Numbered from the stretch's first letter, positions 12,909-24,419 are shown. The stretch: 64,000 nt of DNA from Paraphysomonas bandaiensis (GCA_965644295.1 CBFFRP010000394.1:124001-188000), one strand, 5' to 3'. Translations and numbers: made by a program. The notes: a model not told the origin generated them from the sequence alone.

Positions 12909-14755
12909 TCATTCTATTGATTTGGAGTCAGACACTAAGTTCTCGACTTCCTCCTTGCTCAACCACAGCTGTTTCTTTTTCTTACTATCAATACTCTCAT
13001 CAAGCACCTGCAACAAAAGATCGGCGTCAAGCGTAGCGCTATCAGTGCCATAGGCAGCAGCTTGCCAGGCAATTGCAAGTTTACTGATCTCACGACCAGA
13101 AAATCCCTCGGTACGCTCAGCCACCGTCTTGATGGTGTCCTCCTCAATGCCGGTTACGGTTATCTGCTTTGACCCAGGCGGAGGATGGATTAGATACTGG
13201 TTCATGTATTGCGTAATCATTCTCAGACGCTCGTCCACCGTCGGAAGCTTAAATTCAACCATCTCGTCGATGCGGTCATTGATCGCCCAGTCGAACTGGT
13301 CAGGCTGGTTAGAGGCATAAACAACCATAAACTTATGAGACGCCTCTCCTGTTCGATAGAGGAACGCGTTCAGTGCGTTGCGTACGTCTTCGGATATGTG
13401 TTCCGTGCTTCTCTTCCTTAAAAAAGCGTCGGCCTCGTCAACAAATAGCAAGACGCCCTTTTGGGTGGTATTAGCCCAGTCAAACAATTTGTGTATCTCT
13501 GTCACACCCTCCTTTCCTAGAGGTGCGATATCTCCTCCAGTCATAATAGCATAATGCAGACCTGATTCTCTGGCCATGCCTTTAGCAAACATTGTTTTTC
13601 CAGTACCAGGTGGGCCGTGCAAAAGTACGTGGCGAAAAGGGGCCCTGTTCTTCTTTGTATTTGCTGTGCTCGTAGCCACACGACGCAAGCGCTGATCTAG
13701 CCTCGGCTCGAGAATGACATTTTTAAGAGCATTATTTCCCTCTGCCGACCCGAAAGCAAGACGGAAAGAGTTGACAGGGGTTCGTGCCATCTGAAGAAAG
13801 CTTTTCTTTGTTGTCTCACGGACAAGAGATGGTTTACCAAGTCGTGCTTCCACATACCGTCCAACCACACCGGTAGATACGCGCGCCGCATAAAGGCCAA
13901 AAGCAACTCCAGTAAGTGTGATAGTGGTGTTGATAAGTTTATCCTTGTCAGTAAGAAAATCCTGTACTCCCCGTCCGATTGTGGACCCAGCCAAATTGAT
14001 TCCTTGCAGAACTGTGTCGCGGTATTCCTTGGCTTCCACGATCTTCTTCTCAATAGACAGATCATGATTTGAGCGTTCTTGTCTTATGCGTCCCTCAGTT
14101 TCAGCTTTTACTCTAGCCATTTCCGTCTACAAAAGGCGAGTCATACATTGCAATTTACTATGCCTTCACACGCTACTGACCTGTTGACGAAGATCAGCTT
14201 CGTACTCTAGAGTCTTTCGTCTAATCGCTTCTTGTCGTGCCAGCGACTCCTCTGCTTTTTGGCGCTCCTCATCTTGCATTCGCTTTTGGCTTGCTATTTG
14301 TTCGGCCATTCGTTGCCTTTCAAGTTGATCTTTGTAATTACTGCGCGCTTTATCATGCTCTGTCTGCCGTGACAAAGTCCTTGCTGCTGACTCTTCTTCT
14401 TCTTGCACTTTTCTAATGGCAAGCTCTTGTTGCATTGCTTGAAACTTAGCTCTTTCAGATTCATGATCTTTTTGCTTTGTGATTTCTTGGGTAGAAATCA
14501 GTCTCAAAGCATCTTTTGCGTTGTGTGACTTGTCAAGATCCTTCGCAGCTCTTGCAGCTCTTTCTAGTGCAGAAGGATCAAACCCATGCACAGATGTTGA
14601 GCCAGATGATGATCCTTTTGCATCTTCTGGAGGAGTGCTAATATAACACAATGTTAAGAAATGCATAAGGATATATGATGCAATGTGATGTACCTGAGAT
14701 TCATCGCTAATTCTCCAGGAGATTCCGGTTTACCTTTACCAAATCCAGAAAACAT
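12909..14755 (-). CDS. ATAD3: ATPase family AAA domain-containing protein 3 (mitochondrial)
   Basis: GFDPSALERAARAAKDLD N-terminal motif, coiled coil, RYVEARLGKPSLVRET, Walker A GPPGTGKT, Walker B LLFVDEADAFL, ASNQPDQFDWAINDRIDE. Start ATG 14755 (MFSGFGKGK), two short introns. Confidence 0.95.
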
Positions 14756-15223
14756 ATTCAACTAAACCAATGTAACAAACACAAACACTTTATTATATCA
14801 AGCAACGTAATGATACTTCTTGCTTGAGGAGTTATTTCTTTTTCTAAGTGCAATAGGAACATGGAGCATCTAAGTGCATCTATATGGACAGCTATGAGCC
14901 ATCAAAACATAATCTACAAGAAGGAAATCTAATGAGATATTTACCAATAATTATGTATTTCTTCTATTTGATTGGCTGGGAAGTGGAAATACATCTACCA
15001 CATCAACTCTCTCTATACTCTCTGTACAACACAGTCCTCATGTATGTGCACTGCTATACAGCAGTATGAAAGTGTGCACTATGTTTGTGAACATGCTGTA
15101 TATGAAAAATACGTATAGAAAGTCTGTAGAGGAAAAATTGGTGTTTCTATAATTAAAAAGTGATGATTTTTATACAATTACTGCTAAAATTCTTCATAGC
15201 GTACTGTGTCTGAGTAGATATCT

Positions 15224-15562
15224 AGACTTATGTACATAATTATGTCTGGACAAATTGCAGGATGTGATGATAGATAGATATCTTGATATTTGGACAGATT
15301 TTGGTGTCTGAGTGCTTTTTTATGATGACTTTCTATAAATACTATAGTTTTTTGGCTTGGACAGACTATTTGTTCTAGTTTTGGCATATAGTTTTTATCC
15401 CTACTTTTTATATATTGTGACGTAAAGTATGAAATAATTGTCTACTGCTGTACCATGTATGTGCGTATGTCTGTGAAGAAGTATGTATCCACAATATCTA
15501 GATAGGAGTTTCTACCCACTCCTACGACAATATGCAACAACAGAGGAGTATATCAACACCTA
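15224..15562 (+). repeat. Inverted repeat, left copy (pairs with 24133-24388)
   Basis: gatatttggacagattttggtgtctgagt and tctagataggagtttctacccactcctacgacaatatgcaacaacagag are reverse complements of sequence in 24133-24388. This copy has ~70 extra nt. Confidence 0.9.
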
Positions 15563-15669
15563 CACACACACATACATGTACAGTACATATATATACTGTA
15601 GCTATATATATATATATATATTACCATCTTAGTTGTTTCGTGTAGTCTTTAGAAGAACATACAAACAGA

Positions 15670-18600
15670 ATGCATGTCTTTTATCTCGAATGTCAGTACT
15701 GTGAGAGAAGATTTAAATCAACTGGAGAATTAAATGAGCATATAAGCAGAGCTCATTTGAATCTATTTGAGTGTACACAGTGTCGCATAACATTCACAAC
15801 AAAAACAGAATTGAAGAGGCATAAAAGAGAAGAGCATACCAAACGCTTCAAATGTAGTGAATGTAACCGCAAATTTAGATCAAAAGGAGGATTAGAGGAG
15901 CATACAAAGAAAATGCATGTGAATTACATCAACTGTGAGTGTTGTGACCAAACCTTCAGATCTCGATATGAATTAGAAGAGCATATTAACACTGTGAATA
16001 TGAAAATCTTTAAGTGTGAGTGTTGTGACCAAACCTTCAGATCTCAATATGAATTAGAAGAGCATATCAATACTGTGCATAAGAATTTCTTCGGGTGTGA
16101 GTATTGTACCCAAACCTTCAGATCTCAATATGAATTAGAGGGGCATATCAACACTGTGCATGTGAATTACTTCGAGTGTGCGTATTGTACCCAAAACTTC
16201 AGATGTCAATATGATTTAGAAGAGCATATCAACACTGTGCATGTGGATTACTTCGAGTGTGAGTATTGTACCCAAAACTTCAGCTCTCAATATGATTTAG
16301 AAGAGCATATCAACACTGTGCATATGAAAATCTTTAAGTGTGAGTGTTGTGACCAAACCTTCAGATCTCAATATGATTTAGAAGAGCATATCAATACTTT
16401 GCATGTGGATTACTTCGAGTGTCAGTATTGTACCCAAACTTTCAGATGTCAATATGAATTAGAGGGGCATATCAACACTATGCATATGAATCAATTTAGG
16501 TGTGAGTGTTGTGACCAAACCTTTAGAACTAGAGTCGATCTGGAGGAGCATATCAATACTTTGCATGTGGATTACTTCGAGTGTCAGTATTGTAAAAAAC
16601 AATTCAGGTCTCAATATGAATTAGAGGAACATATCGGCACTATGCATATGAATGAATTTAGGTGTGAGTGTTGTGACCAAACCTTCAGATCTGAATATAA
16701 TTTAGAAGAGCATATCAATACTGTGCATATGAATCCATTAGAGTGTAGGAAATGTCGCATAATATTCGTAACGAAAAAAGCATTGAAGAGGCATCGAAAA
16801 GAAGTCCATGCTAACAAACCCTTCATGTGTTCTGAATGTAACCGAAAATTTATATCAAAAGGAGCATTAGAGAGTCATACAAAAACTATACATATGCAAC
16901 AATATGAGTGTACGAAATGTCCCATAATATTCACAACAAACAAGGAATTGTGCAGACATATAAGAGAAGAGCATAATATACGTTTCAAATGTGCTGAATG
17001 TAACTGCGAATTGAAATCAGAAAGTGCATTAGAGAGGCATACAAAGAGAGTTCATTTGAATCAATTGGAGTGTACACAGTGTCGCATAACATTCACAACA
17101 AAAACAGAATTGAAGAGGCATAAAAGAGAAGAGCATACCAAACGCTTCAAATGTAGTGAATGTAACCGCAAATTTAGATCAAAAGGAGGATTAGAGGAGC
17201 ATACAAAGAAAATGCATGTGAATTACATCAACTGTGAGTGTTGTGACCAAACCTTCAGATCTCGATATGAATTAGAAGAGCATATCAACACTGTGAATAT
17301 GAAAATCTTTAAGTGTGAGTGTTGTGACCAAACCTTCAAATCTCAATATGAATTAGAAGAGCATATCAATACTGTGCATACGAATTTCTTCGGGTGTGAG
17401 TATTGTACCCAAACCTTCAGCTCTCGATATGAATTAGAAGAACATATCAACACTGTGCATGTGAATTACTTCGAGTGTGCGTATTGTACCCAAAACTTCA
17501 GATGTCAATATGATTTAGAAGAGCATATCAACACTGTGCATGTGGATTACTTCGAGTGTGAGTATTGTACCCAAAACTTCAGCTCTCAATATGATTTAGA
17601 AGAGCATATCAACACTGTGCATATGAAAATCTTTAAGTGTGAGTGTTGTGACCAAACCTTCAGATCTCAATATGATTTAGAGGAACATATCGGCACTGTG
17701 CATATGAAAATCTTTAGGTGTGAGTGTTGTGACCAAACCTTTAGAACTAGAGTCGATCTGGAGGAGCATATCAATACTTTGCATGTGGATTACTTCGAGT
17801 GTCAGTATTGTAAAAAACAATTCAGGTCTCAATATGAATTAGAGGAACATATCGGCACTATGCATATGAATGAATTTAGGTGTGAGTGTTGTGACCAAAC
17901 CTTCAGATCTCAATATGAATTAGAAGAGCATATCAACACTGTGCATGTGATTATCATCGAGTGTGAGTGTTGTGACCAAACCTTCAGATCTCAATATGAA
18001 TTAGAAGAGCATATCAACACTGTGCATACGAATTTCTTCGGGTGTGAGTATTGTGACCAAACCTTCAGATCTCAATATGATTTAGAAGAGCATATCAACA
18101 CTGTGCATACGAATTTCTTCGGGTGTGAGTATTGTACCCAAAACTTCAGATCTCAATATGAATTAGATGGGCATATCAACACTATGCATATGAATCAATT
18201 TAGGTGTGAGTGTTGTGACCAAACCTTTAGAACTAGAGTCGATCTGGAGGAGCATATCAATACTTTGCATGTGGATTACTTCGAGTGTCAGTATTGTAAA
18301 AAACAATTCAGGTCTGAATATGATTTAGAGGAGCATATCGGCACTATGCATATGAATGAATTTAGGTGTGAGTGTTGTGACCAAACCTTCAAATCTCAAT
18401 TTGATTTAGAAGAGCATATCAACACTGTGCATATGAAAATCTTCGGGTGTGAGTGTTGTGACCAAACCTTCAGATCTCAATATGATTTAGAAGAGCATAT
18501 CAACACTGTGCATACGAATTTCTTCGGGTGTGAGTATTGTACCCAAAACTTCAGATCTCAATATGAATTAGATGGGCATATCAACACTATGCATATGAAT

Positions 18601-21600
18601 CAGTTTAGGTGTGAGTGTTGTGACCAAACCTTTAGAACTAGAGTCGATCTGGAGGAGCATATCAATACTTTGCATGTGGATTACTTTAAGTGTCAGTATT
18701 GTAAAAAACAATTCAGGTCTGAATATGATTTAGAGGAGCATATCGGCACTATGCATATGAATGAATTTAGGTGTGAGTGTTGTGACCAAACCTTCAAATC
18801 TCAATTTGATTTAGAAGAGCATATCAACACTGTGCATATGAAAATCTTCGGGTGTGAGTGTTGTGACCAAACCTTCAGATCTCAGTATAATTTAGAAGAG
18901 TATATCAATACTGTGCATATGAATCCATTAGAGTGTAGGAAATGTCGCATAATATTCGTAACGAAAAAAGCATTGAAGAGGCATCAAAAAGAAGTCCATG
19001 CTAACAAACCCTTCATGTGTTCTGAATGTAACCGAAAATTTATATCAAAAGGAGCATTAGAGAGTCATACAAAAACTATACATATGCATGAGTGTACGAA
19101 ATGTCCCATAATATTCACAACAAACAAGGAATTGTGCAGACATATAAGAGAAGAGCATAATATACGTTTCAAATGTGCTGAATGTAACTGCGAATTGAAA
19201 TCAGAAAGTGCATTAGAGAGGCATACAAAGAGAGTTCATTTGAATTTGGAGTGTACACAGTGTCGCATAACATTCACAACAAAAACAGAATTGAAGAGGC
19301 ATAAAAGAGAAGAGCATACCAAACGCTTCAAATGTAGTGAATGTAACCGCAAATTTAGATCAAAAGGAGGATTAGAGGAGCATACAAAGAAAATGCATGT
19401 GAATTACATCAACTGTGAGTGTTGTGACCAAACCTTCAGATCTCGATATGAATTAGAAGAGCATATTAACACTGTGCATATGAAAATCTTTAAGTGTGAG
19501 TGTTGTGACCAAACCTTCAAATCTCAATATGAATTAGAAGAGCATATCAATACTGTGCATACGAATTTCTTCGGGTGTGAGTATTGTGACCAAACCTTCA
19601 GATCTCAATATGATTTAGAGGGGCATATCAACACTATGCATATGAATCAATTTAGGTGTGAGTGTTGTGACCAAACCTTTAGAACTAGAGTCGATCTGGA
19701 GGAGCATATCAATACTTTGCATGTGGATTACTTCGAGTGTCAGTATTGTAAAAAACAATTCAGGTCTCAATATGAATTAGAGGAACATATCGGCACTATG
19801 CATATGAATGAATTTAGGTGTGAGTGTTGTGACCAAACCTTCAGATCTCAATATGAATTAGAAGAGCATATCAACACTGTGCATGTGATTATCATCGAGT
19901 GTGAGTGTTGTGACCAAACCTTCAAATCTCAATATGAATTAGAAGAGCATATCAATACTGTGCATGTGAATTTCTTCGGGTGTGAGTGTTGTGACCAAAC
20001 CTTCAGATCTCAATATGATTTAGAGGAGCATATCAACACTGTGCATACGAATTTCTTCGGGTGTGAGTATTGTACCCAAAACTTCAGATCTCAATATGAA
20101 TTAGAGGGGCATATCAACACTATGCATATGAATCAATTTAGGTGTGAGTGTTGTGACCAAACCTTTAGAACTAGAGTCGATCTGGAGGAGCATATCAATA
20201 CTTTGCATGTGGATTACTTCGAGTGTCAGTATTGTAAAAAACAATTCAGGTCTCAATATGATTTAGAGGAACATATCGGCACTGTGCATATGAAAATCTT
20301 TAGGTGTGAGTGTTGTGACCAAACCTTTAGAACTAGAGTCGATCTGGAGGAGCATATCAATACTTTGCATGTGGATTACTTCGAGTGTCAGTATTGTAAA
20401 AAACAATTCAGGTCTCAATATGAATTAGAGGAACATATCGGCACTATGCATATGAATGAATTTAGGTGTGAGTGTTGTGACCAAACCTTCAGATCTGAAT
20501 ATGATTTAGAAGAGCATATCAACACTGTGCATATGAATCAGTTTAGGGGTAAGTGTTGTGACCGAAACTTCAGTTCTCAATATGATTTAGAGGAGCATAT
20601 CAACACTTTGCATGTGAATATCATCGAGTGTGAGTATTGTGGTCGAAACTTCAAATCTACAAGAGCATTAATGTTGCATACAAACAGAGTGCATTTGAAT
20701 CATTTTGAGTGTAAGCATTGTCACATAACATTCACCACAAAAGTTGCATTGAAGAGGCATATAAGAGAAGAGCATATCAAACGCTTCGAGTGTGATTTTT
20801 GTGACCAGAACTTCATATCTAAAAGAGCATTAGAGCAGCATGCAAGCACTTTGCATATGTATTACTTCAATTGTGTGTATTGTGGTCAGAACTTCATATC
20901 GAAAAGAGCATTAAAGCAGCATACAAAGAGAATGCATATGAGTTTATTCGAGTGTGAGTGTTGTGACCAAACCTTCCCGACTGAAGTCGATTTAGAGGAG
21001 CATATCAATACTTTGCATGTGGATTACTTCGAGTGTCAGTATTGTAAAAAACAATTCAGGTCTAACAGAGTATTAAAGCGTCATGCAAACAGGGTGCATT
21101 CGAATCAATTTGAGTGCAAGCACTGTCACATATCATTCAGAGCAAAAGCTGCATTGAAGAGGCATATAAGAGAAGAGCATATCAAACGCTTCGAGTGTGA
21201 TTTTTGTGACCAGAACTTCATATCTAAAAGAGCATTAAAGCGACATACAAAGGCCATGCATTCGAATAGCTTCCAGTGCAATTATTGCGACAAGCATTTT
21301 AGATCTAAAAGAGAATTAGAACAACACACAAATATTATACATATGTATAACTTCAATTGTGTGTATTGTGGTCAGAACTTCATATCGAAAAGAGCATTAA
21401 AGCGGCATACAAAGAGAATGCATATGTATTACTTCGTGTGTGAGTGTTGTGACCGAACCTTCCCGACTGAAGTCGATTTAGAGGAGCATATCAATACTGT
21501 GCATATGAATGAATTTAAGTGTGAGTGTTGTGACCAAACATTTAGAACTAGAGTCGATCTGGAGGAGCATATCAATACTTTGCATGTGGATTACTTCGAG

Positions 21601-21910
21601 TGTCAGTATTGTAAAAAACAATTCAGATCTAACAGAGTATTAAAGCGGCATGCAAACAGGGTGCATTCGAATCAATTTGAGTGCAAGCACTGTCACATAT
21701 CATTCAGAGCAAAAGCTGCATTGAAAAGACATATAAGAGATCAGCATACCAAACCCACAGGGTGTGATTATTATAATAGCTGGAAATTTAGATCAAGAGG
21801 AGCATTAAAACGGTACACAAAGGGAGTGCATTCGAATAGTTTCCAGTGCAAGTATTTTGACCGTATGTTCAAATATAAAAGTGTTTTGAAAACGCACAAC
21901 ACGAGTAAGC
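15670..21910 (+). repeat. Coding minisatellite of ~81-bp zinc-finger units with higher-order block duplications
   Basis: Unit spacing is 81 nt (e.g. 16162 vs 16243). Near-identical multi-finger blocks recur at ~15770, ~17070 and ~19250, and at ~16730 and ~18920. Confidence 0.95.
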
Positions 21911-22257
21911 ACCCTCTGGAACCAGACGTGTTTTCTGGGATACCTTTTGAAGGAGCTCAGGGATACTGGGTGTATCGTAATGAATTCATTGAAGACAAAG
22001 GATTTGGAATGTTTAAATGCTCATCTTGCTCACGTGCTTGGCTATCTGCCCATGCCCGTAGAGAACAATACAATCAAAATTGCCAGAAATGCGAAGTATC
22101 CGTAGCCCCATATATTATGTGGATATCTACAGAAGAACATGAGCCTCACTCGCACACGACACAACATGATGCTTCAAGATGTGATGCATGCAGAGCAGGG
22201 GACTATTGCACGACTTCTGCGAGTGTGAGTGTGTTGTCACCACATCTTTACAACTGA
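15670..22257 (+). CDS. Giant C2H2 zinc-finger array protein (~75 fingers) with C-terminal 3CxxC (ZAR1/RTP-type) zinc-binding domain
   Basis: 2195-aa ORF of Cx2Cx12Hx4H units. C-terminus FGMFKCSSCSRAWLSAHA...QNCQKCE...HDASRCDACRAG matches the zf-3CxxC pattern. True start may include an upstream exon. Confidence 0.85.
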   Translation: MHVFYLECQYCERRFKSTGELNEHISRAHLNLFECTQCRITFTTKTELKRHKREEHTKRFKCSECNRKFRSKGGLEEHTKKMHVNYINCECCDQTFRSRYELEEHINTVNMKIFKCECCDQTFRSQYELEEHINTVHKNFFGCEYCTQTFRSQYELEGHINTVHVNYFECAYCTQNFRCQYDLEEHINTVHVDYFECEYCTQNFSSQYDLEEHINTVHMKIFKCECCDQTFRSQYDLEEHINTLHVDYFECQYCTQTFRCQYELEGHINTMHMNQFRCECCDQTFRTRVDLEEHINTLHVDYFECQYCKKQFRSQYELEEHIGTMHMNEFRCECCDQTFRSEYNLEEHINTVHMNPLECRKCRIIFVTKKALKRHRKEVHANKPFMCSECNRKFISKGALESHTKTIHMQQYECTKCPIIFTTNKELCRHIREEHNIRFKCAECNCELKSESALERHTKRVHLNQLECTQCRITFTTKTELKRHKREEHTKRFKCSECNRKFRSKGGLEEHTKKMHVNYINCECCDQTFRSRYELEEHINTVNMKIFKCECCDQTFKSQYELEEHINTVHTNFFGCEYCTQTFSSRYELEEHINTVHVNYFECAYCTQNFRCQYDLEEHINTVHVDYFECEYCTQNFSSQYDLEEHINTVHMKIFKCECCDQTFRSQYDLEEHIGTVHMKIFRCECCDQTFRTRVDLEEHINTLHVDYFECQYCKKQFRSQYELEEHIGTMHMNEFRCECCDQTFRSQYELEEHINTVHVIIIECECCDQTFRSQYELEEHINTVHTNFFGCEYCDQTFRSQYDLEEHINTVHTNFFGCEYCTQNFRSQYELDGHINTMHMNQFRCECCDQTFRTRVDLEEHINTLHVDYFECQYCKKQFRSEYDLEEHIGTMHMNEFRCECCDQTFKSQFDLEEHINTVHMKIFGCECCDQTFRSQYDLEEHINTVHTNFFGCEYCTQNFRSQYELDGHINTMHMNQFRCECCDQTFRTRVDLEEHINTLHVDYFKCQYCKKQFRSEYDLEEHIGTMHMNEFRCECCDQTFKSQFDLEEHINTVHMKIFGCECCDQTFRSQYNLEEYINTVHMNPLECRKCRIIFVTKKALKRHQKEVHANKPFMCSECNRKFISKGALESHTKTIHMHECTKCPIIFTTNKELCRHIREEHNIRFKCAECNCELKSESALERHTKRVHLNLECTQCRITFTTKTELKRHKREEHTKRFKCSECNRKFRSKGGLEEHTKKMHVNYINCECCDQTFRSRYELEEHINTVHMKIFKCECCDQTFKSQYELEEHINTVHTNFFGCEYCDQTFRSQYDLEGHINTMHMNQFRCECCDQTFRTRVDLEEHINTLHVDYFECQYCKKQFRSQYELEEHIGTMHMNEFRCECCDQTFRSQYELEEHINTVHVIIIECECCDQTFKSQYELEEHINTVHVNFFGCECCDQTFRSQYDLEEHINTVHTNFFGCEYCTQNFRSQYELEGHINTMHMNQFRCECCDQTFRTRVDLEEHINTLHVDYFECQYCKKQFRSQYDLEEHIGTVHMKIFRCECCDQTFRTRVDLEEHINTLHVDYFECQYCKKQFRSQYELEEHIGTMHMNEFRCECCDQTFRSEYDLEEHINTVHMNQFRGKCCDRNFSSQYDLEEHINTLHVNIIECEYCGRNFKSTRALMLHTNRVHLNHFECKHCHITFTTKVALKRHIREEHIKRFECDFCDQNFISKRALEQHASTLHMYYFNCVYCGQNFISKRALKQHTKRMHMSLFECECCDQTFPTEVDLEEHINTLHVDYFECQYCKKQFRSNRVLKRHANRVHSNQFECKHCHISFRAKAALKRHIREEHIKRFECDFCDQNFISKRALKRHTKAMHSNSFQCNYCDKHFRSKRELEQHTNIIHMYNFNCVYCGQNFISKRALKRHTKRMHMYYFVCECCDRTFPTEVDLEEHINTVHMNEFKCECCDQTFRTRVDLEEHINTLHVDYFECQYCKKQFRSNRVLKRHANRVHSNQFECKHCHISFRAKAALKRHIRDQHTKPTGCDYYNSWKFRSRGALKRYTKGVHSNSFQCKYFDRMFKYKSVLKTHNTSKHPLEPDVFSGIPFEGAQGYWVYRNEFIEDKGFGMFKCSSCSRAWLSAHARREQYNQNCQKCEVSVAPYIMWISTEEHEPHSHTTQHDASRCDACRAGDYCTTSASVSVLSPHLYN

Positions 22258-23075
22258 AGTCGATTTAGAGGATCATATCAACCCCATGCATTTGAATCAT
22301 ATTGAGTATAAGAAATATCAATAACAATTACAGCAAACGATGCATTGAAGAAGCGTCGACAAGAAGAGCACACCAAGCGCTTCAAATGTGCTGAATGTAA
22401 CCGCTAATTGAATTCAAAAGGGAGATTAGAGGATTATACAACCACTATATATGTGGATTACTTCGGATGTCAGTATCATGACTGCAAATTTAGATCCAAA
22501 GGAGCATTAGAGCAACATATCAACGCTGTACATGTGGATTACTTTGAATGTCAGAATTGTGACCAAAAACCATTAAATGAGCATATCAACTCTATGCATA
22601 TGGATAACTTCGAGTGTGAGTATTGTGACTTATCCCCCACAACACTACGAAAAGGTGTGAGTCCGACTTTGCTGAGGGCATTTACATTCCTCATGCTTGC
22701 GACTACATCCCTAACATTTGTACGACGGTAGTAACAGGCCTGTAAGCAAAGAATATGCGAAGCTCTACAGTAATACAGAGTGAATTCCACTCTACTTTAT
22801 GGTGTAAATTAAGGCGCTAAACTTTAAACTTAATCAATTATTAGAATTGTGATCAACATCACCGCTTATCATTTATCTCATTCACTAAATTGATATCGTC
22901 ACTAAAGCGAACATTATTATTGGAACTGAAGTCCAACTACTGAAGCATAATATCAATACTGTTCATATGAATCGAGTAGAGTATGAGTGTTGTGACCAAA
23001 CCTTTAGAACTGATGTCGATTTAGAGGAGCATGTCAACACTATGCATTAGAATCGAGTAGAGTATGAGTGTTGTG
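22220..23075 (+). pseudogene. Decayed zinc-finger units downstream of the 3CxxC domain
   Basis: gagtgtgagtgt..actgaagtcgatttagaggatcatatcaac and later units (22408-22630, ~22925-23075) match the array but are out of frame or contain stops. Confidence 0.8.
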
Positions 23076-23925
23076 TGTTGAAATACGTATGTTTCTCTAT
23101 AAGGAATGAAGCATGAAGCTGTCCTTCACTGGAACACTTGTTCACCAAAGTTGAAGGAATTGTGCTGTTGATTAACTTTTACCTCGACATTGTATTAATG
23201 ATCAATGATTACATCGCATTCAAACCAATATCTTGAGAAATCATTGATATCAATATATTGTTACTTTTTAGCATCTCCCCTAACTTCAATGCAGAGAAAG
23301 TGGGTGATCTCCGTGGTGAACTTATCTTATCAGGAAGTGTTGCTGCTCACGATAGATATATTTATCACCGCTTGGCCGCTTGGTGCAGCCCGAATATATT
23401 AGCTGTCTATTGATTATTTACATAAACGGTTTCCATTAACGGTTACCAGATAGCACTGTAGAATACGTTAAATAGAATGTGAGAAACTGTATTACGTACT
23501 CAAACATACTATATAGCTTTAACTGCTGTGAAACAGAAGTTGATCAGGCTTGACATGAACGAAATCTATTATCATTACAACATAATATAATTGTGTTAGT
23601 GCCAAACTATATCACCACATCGTAATATTTACTTGAACGAATCAATGATATACTTGTACAAAAAATCTATATTATGCAACTTGTACAATATATCGCATTC
23701 GCTAAACAATTGAAGCGATATGGTGTATCCATGTGAGGTGTATTGTAAGCTATCTCTTCATCTCTGATACACTTATACGGTGCGAATATATATGAGCTGA
23801 AAGTGTGAATTAAAAGTCATTCAAAAATTTAAATCATTACAGATGATAATAAAATTTGGCTTTAGAATAGATGCATAGCGTATCAAATATTGCGTAAAAC
23901 AGCACACCACTGGACTCCTCAGATA

Positions 23926-24126
23926 TCACCTTTTCCCAATAGATATATTATCAAAAATATTCTTAGATTTTCGTGGTAGGCATCGCCAGTATTGTTGACT
24001 GGCTGAAACTTCTCCATGTAGAACCGTGACAGCTTCCCATCCCCAACTGGGGTTGTTAAGAAAGGCACGAGTCAGTGCAACAGCATCATCGGCATTCGCC
24101 GATTGAACAATAGTCTCGGCCTGATG
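23926..24126 (-). pseudogene. C-terminal fragment of an NADH:flavin oxidoreductase (Old Yellow Enzyme, YqjM/NamA-like)
   Basis: Manual translation HQAETIVQSANADDAVALTRAFLNNPSWGWEAVTVLHGEVSASQQYWRCLPRKSKNIFDNISIGKR* resembles the OYE end motif QAE.I...G.AD.VALARAFL.NP.W.W.AA..L...V..P.QY.R. No upstream part of the gene is visible. Confidence 0.7.
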
Positions 24127-24132
24127 TTATAC

Positions 24133-24388
24133 TAGGTGTTGATATACTTCTCTGTTGTTGCATGTTGTCGTAGGAGTGGATAGAAACTCCTATCTAGATG
24201 TTCTTGCGGATACATACTTCTGTACATACATACACATGTACACCATGGTACAGTATACTATTATTTCACACTTTACGTCACAGTAGTATTTACAGAAAGT
24301 CATCATAGAAAAGGACTCAGACACCAAAATCTGTCCAAATATCTAGATATCTATCATCACATCCTGCTATTTGTCTAGACATAAGTCT
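24133..24388 (-). repeat. Inverted repeat, right copy (pairs with 15224-15562)
   Basis: Contains actcagacaccaaaatctgtccaaatatc and ctctgttgttgcatgttgtcgtaggagtggatagaaactcctatctaga. Confidence 0.9.
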
Positions 24389-24419
24389 GTATATGCATGT
24401 ATATATGTACTGCCAGTGG

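Noticed and set aside
15670-21910. Regularly spaced repeats as a CRISPR-like array
   Set aside because: Units are in-frame zinc-finger codons without unique spacers; eukaryotic context, no cas genes.
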